From assembly GCA_946965045.2 (NCBI GenBank), contig OX337233.1:1736001-1800000 (forward strand): a stretch of 64,000 nucleotides of DNA, in the 5' to 3' direction. Under the pieces are notes generated by a model. The model was not told the origin of the DNA and made no database searches. It saw only the letters and a program-made list of their open reading frames with translations. A program made the position numbers and the translations under genes. Below, piece after piece: positions 25,531 through 38,155 of the stretch. How positions within the stretch are numbered: the stretch's first letter is position 1; each line of letters opens with the position of its first letter. The DNA comes from Epithemia pelagica (lineage: Eukaryota; Protista; Bacillariophyta).

Positions 25531-25795
25531 ATAAAATTTGCACAGCAAATATCGAAAGTCGGCGGGGGGTCATGCACCTTTTAGGTGCATGCGCCCAGTG
25601 CATTATCTACAATTCATGCGCGCATGACACATCGAAATCATGCGCATGAGTGTCCGACTCAGGTGCCCCCCAAGATGCACATTACCAACATCCAATCATG
25701 CACACATGGTAATCGAAATCATGCGCATGAGTGTCCGACTCAGGTGCCCCCCAAGATGCACATTACCAACATCCAATCATGCACACATGGTAATC
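25471..25795. repeat. Four-unit ~80-bp array with internal palindromes
   Basis: Units start ATCGAAA at 25471, 25551, 25631, 25712. Units 1-2 contain catgcacc-N5-ggtgcatg; units 3-4 are identical and contain tcatgcgcatga. Confidence 0.9.
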
Positions 25796-25953
25796 AGTGT
25801 CACGCACATACACCACATTTTGCAAATCGTGCATTACATTCACTAGTATTTTTTGAAGTACTGTTTCAATCATTTGCTTCATGAGTCTAGTCTATTTCAT
25901 ATGCCTCTTTCGCGGCTTTCTTGCAACTCCATTTCGTGAACTGGACAGAAGGT

Positions 25954-27090
25954 TCAACCTTGAACGATAAGATCTCTACACAAAAACTCCATGAACTTGT
26001 CACTCCGATCTCCAGCTCTATCGACCTTTCGTATCTTCTCCTCCACATTCTCAAAATAATCAAGTCCTTCCTCAGACATTCCTCTCGACGAGTTCAAACC
26101 ACCAGAGTAAACATGTTGTGCCACAAATGTTGTATCAATCTGAGTATCAGTATCATGTTCATCATACCAGTTTCCTCTACTGGATTCCCAGAGTTTTCTC
26201 TTGAACTCTTTCCTTGCCTTCTTTACCCATACATCCCAACAGTCTTTCAGTATTGTTAAGATGAGTGCCTCATCATTGATAGTGAACCTGGTCATTGCCT
26301 CTTGCCAGCGTTCTTTCTTCTTGATCTCCGGAGCCGTGTCAAGGAGATTGTAGTCTATAACATCCTTGAATATAGTTTCACCATACACAGCAGCACCAAA
26401 CACCTCGACCAGGAAAACATATGCCGCATTATTGCATCCAGGACCTCTCAATTGAGCCATGTCAGCAAGCAAAGGCATAGGCCCGAAGCCTTTGTTATCA
26501 TTCAACAAGTTAGGAAACGCTTGTCGGAGAATCCCACCGTCATGATTGCGCCAGAGGTCAAGAAAAATATGCTCTAACAACGGTAAGCAACATAATGTTT
26601 CAGTGTCGAGAGATGGCATTCATTAATCACGAGTTGGATAGAGCAACTTACTCCGGAACTTTCTGTACATGGCAGCAAGAATATTTGACCGCTTTTGTCT
26701 GAAGCGATCTGCCATATAAGGCGAATGAGTTAACCACCAGTTCTCACAATCTTCATCAGACATGATCTTTTTCGGGACAAAATATTTGTTTGTGAAATAT
26801 TCCTTTCCCAACGTCGTCCAAATGATTCCTGTTACTGGACAGTCATTTTCTTTAGAAAAGTACTTGATAAATCGCCACGCATGGTCGTTCACAAATTCAA
26901 TAAAAATCGGATCGGAACATGCCTCTGGCATCTTTTTGTACTTGGTTGAGCTCGACACAACAGTAGCCGGTGCAGTAGCAGCCATTGTATTACCACCATT
27001 GAAAGTGTTAGGCTGTGATCCTCCCGTTGTCGTGTCAGATTCTTGTGAAGGCTGATGATGCTGTTCCTCGTTCATAAACGCTTGATTCAT
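25954..27090 (-). CDS. Two-exon transposon accessory protein (type seen beside Plavaka/CACTA-like transposases); exons 27090-26652 and 26573-25954
   Basis: GTAAGT...TTAG 78-bp intron (26651-26574) joins the two ORFs in frame (KFRK/HIFLDLW). Motifs FIKYF, RQKRSNI, FTINDEALIL, RGMSEEGLDYF. First in-frame ATG at 27090; the family link is from recall. Confidence 0.65.
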
Positions 27091-27130
27091 GATTTCATGG
27101 TCATCTGGAACACCACCGATATCTGCAGCC

Positions 27131-27860
27131 AAGGTTCATTTTTCGGGTCAGCCCCAATCCCGACGGGTAAAATGGTCTCAACGCATCTCGTCACGCCTGC
27201 ATAATCACTCAAAATCACTATTGTAAATTTTGTAGGATACGGTTGTATGTACGTTATTCTAATCTTGAATAAGCTTATGTATTCGAACATCCATAAGACT
27301 ATTTAAGAATGAGAAAAATCTAGCGAGCGAGCCTGCGTCGTGGTTTTTGTATCCATCGGATACAAAAAATGTATAAAATGTATCCAATGGATACATGGGT
27401 ACAACTGGGGACAAAGGGGGTACAGTTTGTTCAAAAGGGATCCTTCGCCGAATGTACCCCCTGTGTCCGTTTGGTACAAAAGGGTACATAATTTATCATA
27501 TTTGTTAAAGAAGGACCTTACGGTTGACTGACAGGTTCATATTTTGGGTTGGATCTCGTCGCGCCGGCAAAATCAATGAAACTCACTATTGTAAATATTG
27601 TAGGACTATTTAAGAATGAGAAAAATCTAGCGAGCGAACCTGCGTGTCCTGGTGGTTTTTGTATCCATCGGATACAAAATATGTATAAAATGTATCCAAT
27701 GGATACATGGGTACAACTGGGGACAAAGGGGGTACAGTTTGTTCTAAAGGGTACATCGTTTATCCTTCGCCGAATGTATCCCAGATTTGGTCCTGTATCC
27801 GTATGGTACTAAAGGATACATCTTTCATCAAATTTGTTAAATAGGGGCCTAGTCGGTGAC
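27131..27860. repeat. Tandem pair of a ~330-400-bp non-coding element rich in TGTATCC/GGATACA palindromes
   Basis: Units 27131-27530 and 27533-27860 share aggttcat starts, CACTATTGTAAAT (27216, 27584), gactatttaagaatgagaaaaatctagcgagcga, tgtatcc-atc-ggataca and atgtatcc-aat-ggatacat. Confidence 0.85.
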
Positions 27861-28011
27861 TCACACGTGTCCTTGTTGATTACTTAGCCGTCATGTATTA
27901 AATGCGACTTCTATTTAGTCTTGCAGGTTGCGGTCATGTTTTCTACCAGACTGCTGGCGCGCGACCAGTTCTTTCGCCACCTAGCACCTAGCCCACAGAC
28001 GATTTTTGTTC

Positions 28012-28803
28012 CTAAGATACAAATATGGGTGGTGTCCCTGCTGTTCCTGCTGCAATAGTAGATGACATGTGCGAAATTGAAGAAACGTCAGTAGCCATAC
28101 AATCAGCTATTGTAACCATCCCATGAGTGCCCATATTAGAGTCGTCCTCCATTGGTACATGTTCAAACTTTTTGTTGCATTTTTGTGGACTTACTAAGCA
28201 GAGATCCAACCGGAAAATGGGATTCATTGCGATCAAAACCGAATTCGTTCTGGTGTTCATTCACACTTCCATTGGCATATGGAGTGCTGATGTTTTGAAG
28301 TGCCCTATCCCTTTCCGTCCCAGTCAAGACATTCAATCCTGCATCATTGTTTGCATCATCCTCATCCGATGGTTGTGTTTGCAGAGCTTCCTCAGTCCTG
28401 TTGTTGTTAGAATTGCAATTCGATTCTCTTTCAGACGTCGTCGTCTCAACCAATAAATTACCACTTCCTTCGGAATTTCGTCGTTGCATTGGTCCGACTG
28501 TTGACCTTCCACGGGGACACTCACACCAAAAATGTTACCTTCTTCCTCGTCATCGTTGGATTCGAGGACATCGCTTAATCTTTTCCGTCCACTTGTCTTT
28601 GCTCGCTGTTCTTCCCCCCGTTGATTCGAAGTATTCCTTTGGTTCTCGTTCTCTTTATTTCGTTCCTTGTTTTGACGATTAATCTCCTTCAGCTTTTGTC
28701 GTCTTGCTCTTTCTAACTCTACCTGTTTGGCTTTGTAGTGGATATTCCTTTCCGAAGGTGCTAATCTCTGTCCTGGTTGTGTTGTCCCTCTTGTACCTGT
28801 CAT
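28012..28803 (-). pseudogene. Low-complexity charged ORF fragments divergent from the Plavaka-like start
   Basis: ATG at 28803; K/R/E/N-rich ORFs in successive frames; may be the displaced N-terminus of the 27090 gene. Confidence 0.3.
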
Positions 28804-29258
28804 CTTTCGAATTTGTGAAAAAGAATGTTATGAAGCATACTGAGAATGATTCTCAAACACATTAACACGAGAAAAACACATTCGTGGGTAATACTCATCT
28901 CAAATTCAAACCATCCAAACCGAATACGACACCTGTGTTGTCCAAACAAACAATCGATCGATCGATCATTGGCTTTTGTTTAGGAAAAGGCGCTATTTCG
29001 ACGGACTTGGTACGACAACCAAATTCAAACCATACAATTCCAACCGTTGGTAAGGGGACGCGCGCATACAACAACATGGCATGCTCGATACTTTAAAACA
29101 AGGACGAAGCCCGGCTCGGTAATTGGTCGCAGATACGCCAGCCGAGTCGTGTTCTGGGTAGAATAAGACTTCGTCACAAGATTGAGACATGTCATTGAGA
29201 TTTGCATTCTTTATCTTCGACGAGAGTGCATGTTACTTGTCATTTTGTATTCGTTGCC

Positions 29259-29625
29259 ATGGGTCGAGTGAGAACAATACGAAAAAGATCAGCTTTCGAT
29301 CGAAAAAACGATTCAACTGATAGAACAAACAGAGTCTTCCCACGATCACACCAGGAACACGAAACTCGGGTTCGTCGCTATTGTCAACGACCATTTGATT
29401 TGAGAGGCATCACTCGACATGAGAAGTCCTGTTCTGTAGATCAACGTGTCCCTCAGCAGTGTATACCAATAACGATTGCCAATCAAGAAAACGACAGTGA
29501 TATGGATATTGATTCTTTGGCAGGTGCAATGGATTACTTTTTGGACGAGGAGGTCGAAGAAGAGGAGAATATACGAACATACACCAAACCATATTACGTT
29601 CCTGGCGAGACACAAAAGATAATTG
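29259..29625 (+). pseudogene. N-terminus of a probable Plavaka-like transposase (Zn finger plus acidic tract), fused in frame to Copia gag
   Basis: MGRVRT...(R)RYCQRPFDLRGITRHEKSC resembles a CxxC...H...C finger with the first Cys as CGT; then an acidic stretch; gag-like sequence starts at NFEACQQYF. Confidence 0.45.
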
Positions 29626-30263
29626 ATCGAAACTTCGAAGCGTGCCAGCAATACTTTTTGACTGTGCACAGTGCCGCAAAGACGGAAACGCAGGACGACT
29701 CTCGCAAGATCGCCGCTGCTGGTATCACCCCAAGCAAAGGAAAGGGAAAAGGGCGCAACCAGAAAAAGAGCAAGAAGAAAAAGGACCGCGTTCATGCTGG
29801 TCACTACGATGCCGACGAATGGGCAGACCTGACGGAGGACGAACGTAAACAAGTCCTGGCTCTTCGCAAAGAGCGCAAAGAAAAGCGGAAGCTTGGATCC
29901 GTCACCACAGACAACTCTTCCAACGCATCGTCGAAGAGATCGAAAACGTCGCATGGGAGTAATGCTGAGGACGCAATCTCAATAGACATTGACGAAGACG
30001 ACGCTAAGCCGGAGGCTAAGACCAACGTATCGGTCATTATGGAAGTAGACGAGAGCTTGCTTGACTCCTCTGTTGACAACGTACCGCCGCCAGACAAGCA
30101 CTCTAAGTTCCGCGCTTCCGCCTCACCTGCAAAATCATCCGAAGATGATGCGCAGCCGGCAAAGTCCTCAGCTGGCAACAGCTTTGGACGTTTCGCGCAT
30201 TAGGCTAAAGCGCAACCGAACGAACCCGGATCTGCGTCCGTCAAATCCGTACGTACTCGCCCC

Positions 30264-30761
30264 ATGGGGGAATACGAGACCTATCCACCGATGTGGCAAT
30301 GGGAAGAGGACAGATGTCCTGATATGAGTCATATGACCATCCCACCAGTCCCGGAAGAGGGCGACATCTTTGTGAAGCTGCCGCTACCGGTCAAAGGCAA
30401 GTATGCTGAAGGGACTCACAACGTCCGCACACTTACCAAGAATGACCAAAGCATGCTGAAAGGAGGCTTCCGCGAAGAGATTGACACTATTGTCCACAAT
30501 AGTCCAATTTGGTCTAGGCGCTGGTCTAAAATGTCAGGCCATGAACGTGAAGAGCGCCAAATGTACTATGTGTGCAAACGCTTAGCCGAGCACACGGAAG
30601 TGTTCGACGAAGCGTTAAAATACACTATGCTTGCCAATGGACAATTGGCTGCCGCAAATGAAAGGCGTAATGTATGCGGTTGTCATTCCGCCGATCTTGA
30701 ATTTGATGTCCGTGACCCGAATGTCTCTGACAAGTCTGCCGACATGTCTGATTCCTCCTGA
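30264..30761 (+). CDS. Extra ORF between gag and pol, unknown function
   Basis: 165-codon ATG ORF of ordinary globular composition, ending 7 nt before the pol ORF. Confidence 0.4.
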   Translation: MGEYETYPPMWQWEEDRCPDMSHMTIPPVPEEGDIFVKLPLPVKGKYAEGTHNVRTLTKNDQSMLKGGFREEIDTIVHNSPIWSRRWSKMSGHEREERQMYYVCKRLAEHTEVFDEALKYTMLANGQLAAANERRNVCGCHSADLEFDVRDPNVSDKSADMSDSS

Positions 30762-30767
30762 TGGAGT

Positions 30768-33700
30768 GTGCCCTGTGTATCCGCTGCCGAAGCAGTAAAA
30801 ATTGACAAAACGAATCTTATTGTTCAATCGAATGCACATGAAGGCACCCATTCTCTTTATTCTAACCGTTTCGCACATCGTCTATGTGCTATGAACACCG
30901 ACGAATATAGTGTTGAGACCATTGAGCTCACCTGTGAGTTGGACTCACATGCGGACACCTGTGCCGTGGGAAGAGACTTCGTAATGCTCTCCGAACCCCA
31001 CCGCTATATCAGTGTGCATCCGTTCGCGGAGGAATATAATCCGCTGACCAATGTCCCTATTGCGACTGTTGCTACTGTCTGGACTGACAGCGAAAACCAG
31101 TCTTCCTTGCTTGTCATCCACCAAGCATTGTTTTTAGGGGACCGTATGGGCAGTTCGTTACTCTGTCCGAACCAGATGCGTGCCCATGGCATCGTTGTCA
31201 ACGACGTACCTAAACAGTTTGACCCGCACAGCACGCATAGTATCCACGTACCGGATGCTGATCTCACCATCCCGCTCACCATGGCTGGTGTGATAAGTGG
31301 TTTCGCCACTCGCAAACCCACTTCTGACGAGCTGGAACACTTGCCAAAAGTTGTGCTAACTGCCGATAGCCCATGGCAACCTCGTTCTGCCGCCTTTGCG
31401 GACGCGGAGGAGAAACTGGGTGTAGCTGCCGCTACTGTCGTTCGCAATGGCGATCCAAATTCGATTGCCGCATCCTCCATTCCACGACTCATCAAAGCAG
31501 TGCGAACGTACCAGCATGCTTTTGCCAATCCATCACCAGATCTGGACGCCGACGCACATGGCGACGACCTGTACAAACGCTTGATAGCGACGGTCACTGT
31601 TCAACCAGAGAAGGAGGAGCCTGATGTAGTCCCGGAGGACAAACGTGAACGTCGGCTGTACATGATCAAGACTGCTAAAGAATCTTCCCCAGCCAATCCT
31701 GCTGGAAAGGGAGTGCTTGACGCAGCCGTACTGTCACAACGTTGGGGCATTGGTTTACCCAAAGCAAAGAATACGCTTAAAGTGACGACGCAGGCTGGAG
31801 TACGAAACGTATTAATCCCATCTGAGCGTAAGGTCCGTAAGAAGGCACCGTGGCTCAAATTCCCTAATGTGAAAGGCCGTTGGTTCTCGGACGAGATGTT
31901 TGCGAAGGAAGTATCACTGAACGGGGATACGGGCGCCTCGATCTTTACCGACGGCAAAGGATTCGACCACGTTTATCCCTGGAAGTCGAAAAAGCAACAT
32001 CCTGAAGGATTGATGTCTTTGATTCACAATGTAGGGATTCCCCAAACAATGGTATCTGATGGTGCCCGAGAATTGTTCCTAGGGAAGTCCCGTGAAATAT
32101 GCAACGAGTACCGCATAAAGATGGAGAAAACGGTTCCTTATAGTCCATGGCAGAACGCCGCCGAAGCGAGCATTCGTGAACTAAAGAAGGGAGCTGTCAA
32201 AATTATGAGGACTACCGGCGCACCACGACGTTTATGGAGCTATGCTCTTAAATGGTGCTCACACGTACGGCAACTCACGGCATCCGATATCCCTGAATTA
32301 GATGGACGTACACCGTTCGAGCATGTAATTGGCTCAACGCCAGACATCTCTTCATTAGCCATGTTCCAATCCTATCAGCCGGTGTATTATCGCATGCCCA
32401 TGGCACAGTTTCCCTTCGAAAAAAGACTGATTGGCCGATGGTTGGGCTTAGCCGATGATTGCACCGACGATATGGCCTATGAAATCCTAACGCAAGAGGG
32501 CAATCATGTCACACGGAAAGATGTGTGGGCCATTCCGGAAGACGACCTGAAGAATCCGATGATTCATCAGCAGTTGTTGGACTATGATGCCGCTATTCAA
32601 ACGCAAATGAAAGAGCCGCCATCTGATGGCACAACTGGGAGCGATCCACCCTAGACCTCTTTGACGAAGGTGAACTTCTAGAGCCCTTGTTCCCAGAGGC
32701 CGAAGCCCTGGAATCCGACGCGTACACGCCAGAGGAACTAGACGAATATCTCACCGCTGAAGTCATGCTGCCGCGAGGAGGTGAAAGCGCTCGAGCGAAA
32801 ATCATTGGACGCATGAAAGATGCTCATGGGCGACCTATTGGTGAGCGCGACGCAAACCCAATCCTTGATACCCGGTACTACGACGTACAGTTTCCGGATG
32901 GATCGGTCGAGTCGTATGCAACCAATATGATCGCAGAGAATCTGTATTCGCAAGTTGACCCGGAGGGCAATGCGTTCAACACATTGAAAGCCATTGTGGG
33001 TCACCGCAGTGATGAGACCGCAGTTAAGCGAACAGACGCATCGTTCCTTGACGGCACATCACACCACACAACGAAAGGCTGGGAATTGCAATGTGAACTG
33101 TCCGATCAATCGACTGTTTGGCTGCCGCTCAAAGACGTCAAGAATGGAAATATGATTGAAGCCGCCGAATACGCAGTATCCGCTGACATCGCAAAAGAGC
33201 CTGCTTTCGCATGGTGGGTGCCACGTGCACTTCGCAAACGAGACCGCATTATCAAAAAGGTAAAGTCACGTTATTGGAAGCGAACGCACAAGTATGGCAT
33301 TGAGCTGCCCCACTCTATGGAAGAAGCTCTGGCGATTGACCGCCGAACAGGGACTGACTCGGCGCAAGGCTATTGAGAAAGAAATGAAGAACGTTGGCAT
33401 TGCTTTCGAATTTCCAGCTGATGGCGAAGTGCCTCCTGGATACAAGCATATTCCCTGTCATATGGTTTTTGATATCAAATCAGACCTGCGACAAAAAGCA
33501 CCGTTAGTGGCCGGAGGCCACAAAACTGATCCACCCAAAGAATCGACCTATTCTAGTGTGGTATGACGCGATAGCGTACGCATTGCTTTTACTATCGCTG
33601 CACTAAATGGTCTAGATGTTCTCGTCGGGGACGTGCAAAACGCATATCTCAACGCACCGACTAAAGAGAAGACCTATACCACCGCGGGACTCGAATTTGG

Positions 33701-34997
33701 ACCAGATAAGGTTGGACAACCTGCACTGATAGTGCGCGCATTATATGGTCTCAAAAGTTCTGCCGCAAGGTGGCGTGATCACATCGCCGCAACGCTCCGC
33801 GATATGGGATTTAAGATGTGTCAAGCTGATCCGGATGTATGGCTTCGAGCGAACACTCGACCATCTGATGGGTTCCAGTATTACGAGTATGTTTTGGTCT
33901 ATATTGATGATCTGCTGATTGTTAGTCATGATCCCAAAACCGTGATGCAGGACCTGCAGAGGCGCTATACGATCAAGCCCGACAGTATCAAACCGCCAGA
34001 CGAATACTTGGGATCCGAAATTCGTTGTTATACTATACCCGACACGCAAGATCCGTCGAACCGTGATCGTTGGGCCATGTCCGCTGACAAGTATTGTAAG
34101 CGTGCTCTTGCCGAAGTCGAAACGGAACTGGAGAAATCCGGAGAGAAGCTGAAGTCAAAAGTGACGACGCCGATCGCCGATGGATATTGCCCGGAATTGG
34201 ATGCGACTCCTGAACTCGACGCAAGACGTGCAAACTAATACCAAGGACTGATCGGTATTCTCCGTTGGATTGTTGAACTCGGTCGTATCGACATTACAAC
34301 CGCAGTCTCCCATATGTCCCGTTTTATGGCGCATCCACGAGAAGGACATCTCGAGCAAACGTTGCACATCTTCGCGTATCTGAAAAAGTAGGATAAATCC
34401 GCCATTGTGTTTGACGACACAACCCCTGACTTCGACGAGTCACGTTTTACCCGACCGGATTGGTCTGAGTATTATCCTGATGCTGCCGAGCCGATTCCGC
34501 CAAACGCACCAGCACCGCGTGGAAACGCTGTCACCACGACTTGCTTTGTCGATGCTGATCATGCTGGATGTCGTGTCACACGGCGCTCTCAATCAGGAGT
34601 CCTACTGTTCTTGCAACGAGCACCGATCATGTGGTATTCAAAACGACAAAACACTGTTGAGACGTCTACATTTGGCAGTGACTTCGTGGCGATGAAAACT
34701 GCCATTGAAATGATTGAAGCATTTCGTTATAAGTTGCGAATGCTGATGGGTATCCCGTTGGATGGAGAGACGAATGTGTTTTGCGACAATGAATCTGTGT
34801 TTAAGAACTCAACGCAGCCGGAATCAGTCCTAAAGAAGAAGCACAACGCAATTGCTTATCATCGGACTCGTGAAGCGCAAGCTGCTGGACATGTGCGCAT
34901 TGCATGGGAAGAAGGTGAAACGAATCTTGCCGATATCCTAACCAAACTGCTACCCGGACCTCGATTGCGATTCCTGGCCCAACGTATCATGTGGTAG
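30768..34997 (+). pseudogene. Copia pol: protease, integrase, RT, RNase H, disrupted
   Basis: ELDSHADTC; MVSDGARE...PWQNAAEASIRELK; HMVFDIK, DVQNAYL, LYGLKSS, YIDDLL; FVDADHAG, FCDNESV, NLADILTK. Frameshifts ~32650 and ~33360; stops at 33564, 34236, 34389. Confidence 0.95.
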
Positions 34998-35109
34998 CAC
35001 CCCTTTAAGATCCAAAATGGGATCGCCCCTTTTGAAGAATAGTCCGACGTACTGGACCGGCCTCTGCTGACATGACGAACTAAACGAAGTTGCCCACCCC
35101 GATTTTGTT

Positions 35110-35290
35110 CGCGGGGACTGAATAAATAATCACGGGTGCCCCCTTTGTAACCTACGAAGGGCCTCGCCATACCTCGCTACGCATCGCCTGGCATCGCCCG
35201 GCCCCTAGTTATGTGTTCGCTAGTGGGTACCATGGTCGCTGTTTGGCCCCTACGTGAGCGATTTGCCCCCAAAGGGCACCCCTAGTTAAG
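35110..35290 (+). repeat. Polypurine tract and truncated 3' LTR
   Basis: gcggggac then TG (35119) 120 nt after the pol stop; internal inverted pair gggtgccccctttg / caaagggcaccc; no terminal CA located. Confidence 0.6.
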
Positions 35291-35292
35291 TT

Positions 35293-36315
35293 GCCATAAT
35301 TTCTGATAGTTTGATTGTTGCAAGCCGTATATTGCGTCTGGCCGTCAGTTTTTATTCAGATGGCATGTCAGACACAAACCATTTGCCATTTCCTCTGGGC
35401 GTTATGGTAGAGGTTCCCGGTGGTAACAACCAAAGAAAACGACATCGGACAGCAGGTCCATCGACCCCATCAGTTGGTGACGATAGCCTTGGACAACGTC
35501 GATACACTGAAGTAGTCGAGGTTATCGTGAAGTATAAATCAAAGACGAATCATGGTATGACATTACCTGGATTTTGTCTCCACTTTTTCAAGATCCATCA
35601 TCAACGTTTCTATATGCACATGCACAGTGACCAACAGGGCACTAACCAACTTGGAACAACAGAAAATCCATATGTTTTGTTGACTGGATGCACAGAAATA
35701 AAGATCAACCATCCACCCATTGGGACTATCCGGACACATCCCAACTATCAAAGTGAAGGCCCATGGCGGGATTGGGTCATGGCCAAGGTACCTCGTAATA
35801 AACGGAAACCTTTGGACGAGATTTACAATCTTCCTTTGGGAGACATGGATACCGAACTGTGTCAGACTATATGCTTTCTTTGTATTCCCTTCGCACAACA
35901 GACAGGAGAAACACATCAACCAGAGAGTACCGATCATACAGCAACTCATGTACTGCTTCGAACAACATATGTTCAGTCCCAAACAGACCTAAAAATGTCT
36001 TCTGTTCTTTTCAACAGATGGAGAAAACGTTTCGACATGGAGAGAATAGCCGAAGTCGTTATGGTTCCAGTCCAGAATATCATACGACTAGTTGGTGTTG
36101 TCGACGAGAACTCAGAAATGATTGAAGAACGAGATGCAGTCCCCCAATTTCTCCATTCTTCAACAGAACGTGAGCTATTGCAAGAAGATAACCGTAATCG
36201 AGAGAATTTCTCTGATATTGTTTGGGCTGTTCGTGATATAAAAGAATGGGCAGTGGAATTCAATAAATCTGCCACTCCAAAATTGAAAGACAGGTATAAG
36301 GATCAAGAGTCCTGA
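35293..36315 (+). pseudogene. C-terminal third of a Plavaka-like (CACTA-related) transposase
   Basis: IRTHPNYQSEGPWRDWVMA, ELCQTICF, SSVLFNRW, VMVPVQNI..LVGVVDE, terminal VRDIKEWAVEF match the C-terminal pattern I recall for Plavaka transposases; catalytic core absent. Confidence 0.65.
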
Positions 36316-36506
36316 GGGATCTCGTGAAGATCTCGATTGGTAGAGGGGCGCGTTGGTCCATGCTCGCCCCACTTGTAACGCCAGACGACCTTTTCATGTT
36401 GTATTTATCTCTCGTCACTCAATTTTTCTAAAAGAAGTAGAATCTTTCACACTCCGATCAACTCAATACTCGAAACAAGTCATATATTCTGCTCTTGTTG
36501 AATAAC

Positions 36507-37715
36507 ATGGTTGTAAATCCGTACATCTCCCAAAAGAAGTCTAAGCCAATTGGTAGTAGCAAGGCCGGAAACGAAAGTCAAGTTCTTCTCGTTGATAGTA
36601 CAAGCCAGAAATCAAAAGAGAACAGCAAACGACCTCTATGTGAACACCACCCGATAAATCCATATACAGCCAAGAAAGTAAAACACGAACCGTCACACGA
36701 TCCCTCCAAGTCCAAACCAGACGATGCCACTGCTAACAACACAAATTCTGGCCTCTCCACACTTGTTCAAATGATCGAAAACCAAGAAGAAGCAACCACA
36801 AGTACACACAAACTGCCGTCACCATTCCAAACTGCTTTAACAGCAACTAAGGAAACCGTAGGTGTGAACATAAAACCGATGAATACGACAGAGAAAGCTG
36901 AGGAGTCCAAGAGGTCTAGCATCACCAACCCATACAACAAGAATATAACAAACCCATACAAGACGAAGCCGAAAATAAACACCAATCATGGAAAGAAAAT
37001 CCCATTACTACGTGATTCACCACCGATGTACAAGCCTCGACCGAATCGCGAGAAACTCAACCCTGAGGTTGTTAAATTCACCGAGCTTGTGAACCAAATC
37101 TATGGGTCCAACGATGTTAAGCCCGAACCCATGTGTCCCTGGTGTTTTGTAACAGATAATCTGTCCACCGACAGGTACTTGACCGGTAAATGTTGGCATC
37201 GTTTTGGAAAAACACATTCATGTGTGGAAAATTGTTATGGCTGTGGTGTACCAATGAACGGATGCGATTCAGGTGGTAACGAGCGATGTTGTACTGACGC
37301 CTTGTATATTCATGATTCTATGAATATAACACGTGAAGAATCAGACATCAACAAGGTTGCACTTGTGTGTAAATGCTGTCTTCGCCCGTGTAACTCTTAT
37401 TCTGAATGTGTGTATTCACATGGATGTTGGAACTCTCCGAACAAACATTTCGTATGGAGATTTTGTCATATTGCCGGGCGTGCTTTGGTATACTCTGAAC
37501 TAAAACTGAACTGTAAAGGACCAGGGAGTATCCCGAAACATGCACAGGATATAATCAAAACTGCCACAGAGTTGATGTACAATGAACTCCGAGATCCTTA
37601 TGAGTCATCGCAATACAACTCACCATTTTGTCATGTTATGGACCAGGATTCATCGTCAAAGTGGTTGGTTACAATGTCTTTCGGGAACTTCCACAACTAT
37701 ATGCCATTCTTCTGA
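36507..37715 (+). CDS. Unknown Cys-rich protein, copy A (intact, 402 aa from ATG)
   Basis: Disordered N-half with NPY repeats; C-half CPWC...CWHRFG..HSC..NCYGCG...VCKCCLRP...SPNKHFVWRFC...SKWL...FHNYM. Confidence 0.7.
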   Translation: MVVNPYISQKKSKPIGSSKAGNESQVLLVDSTSQKSKENSKRPLCEHHPINPYTAKKVKHEPSHDPSKSKPDDATANNTNSGLSTLVQMIENQEEATTSTHKLPSPFQTALTATKETVGVNIKPMNTTEKAEESKRSSITNPYNKNITNPYKTKPKINTNHGKKIPLLRDSPPMYKPRPNREKLNPEVVKFTELVNQIYGSNDVKPEPMCPWCFVTDNLSTDRYLTGKCWHRFGKTHSCVENCYGCGVPMNGCDSGGNERCCTDALYIHDSMNITREESDINKVALVCKCCLRPCNSYSECVYSHGCWNSPNKHFVWRFCHIAGRALVYSELKLNCKGPGSIPKHAQDIIKTATELMYNELRDPYESSQYNSPFCHVMDQDSSSKWLVTMSFGNFHNYMPFF

Positions 37716-38155
37716 CACTGCTACAATACTCTGATGTCATCGAAGTACTCCCGACAAACTTAGGTAAATAACACAATAGGAACAGTTAATCGCATCACAG
37801 TCGCCATCATACCAGTAGCTCCATCGTATCGCATCACAGTCGCCTTTTTCTGTCACATGTAAAATTTCATAGGAAGAGTTCAGCAGCGACAGAGAGACAT
37901 AAACAGAAAACGAGAATGGACAAACGCCGACAGGAAGCCAAGCAAGGATCTCCAAAGCAGGGATCTGACGACGACTATGATCCGGACAACAAAGATGGGT
38001 GGAGTGAAGCAAAGGGACAGTCTGGTTTCAAAGAGGACTCAGGTAGTACCAGCTCCGGTAGCAAGGAAGAGTCGAACAGTGATGATAGCGAACAAAAACT
38101 CCTGTACCCGCTGTGGTTTCGCTAAAACATCCTCCACAACAGTCAGGTACTGGGG

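Larger units (their letters stand above)
29625..35290 (+). mobile_element. 5'-truncated Ty1/Copia (CoDi) LTR retrotransposon
   Basis: Gag C-terminus (HYDADEWADLTEDERKQVL), pol, polypurine tract and partial 3' LTR; no 5' LTR. Confidence 0.92.

Noticed and set aside
25471-25795. CRISPR array
   Set aside because: Eukaryotic context, whole units duplicated, no unique spacers, no cas genes.
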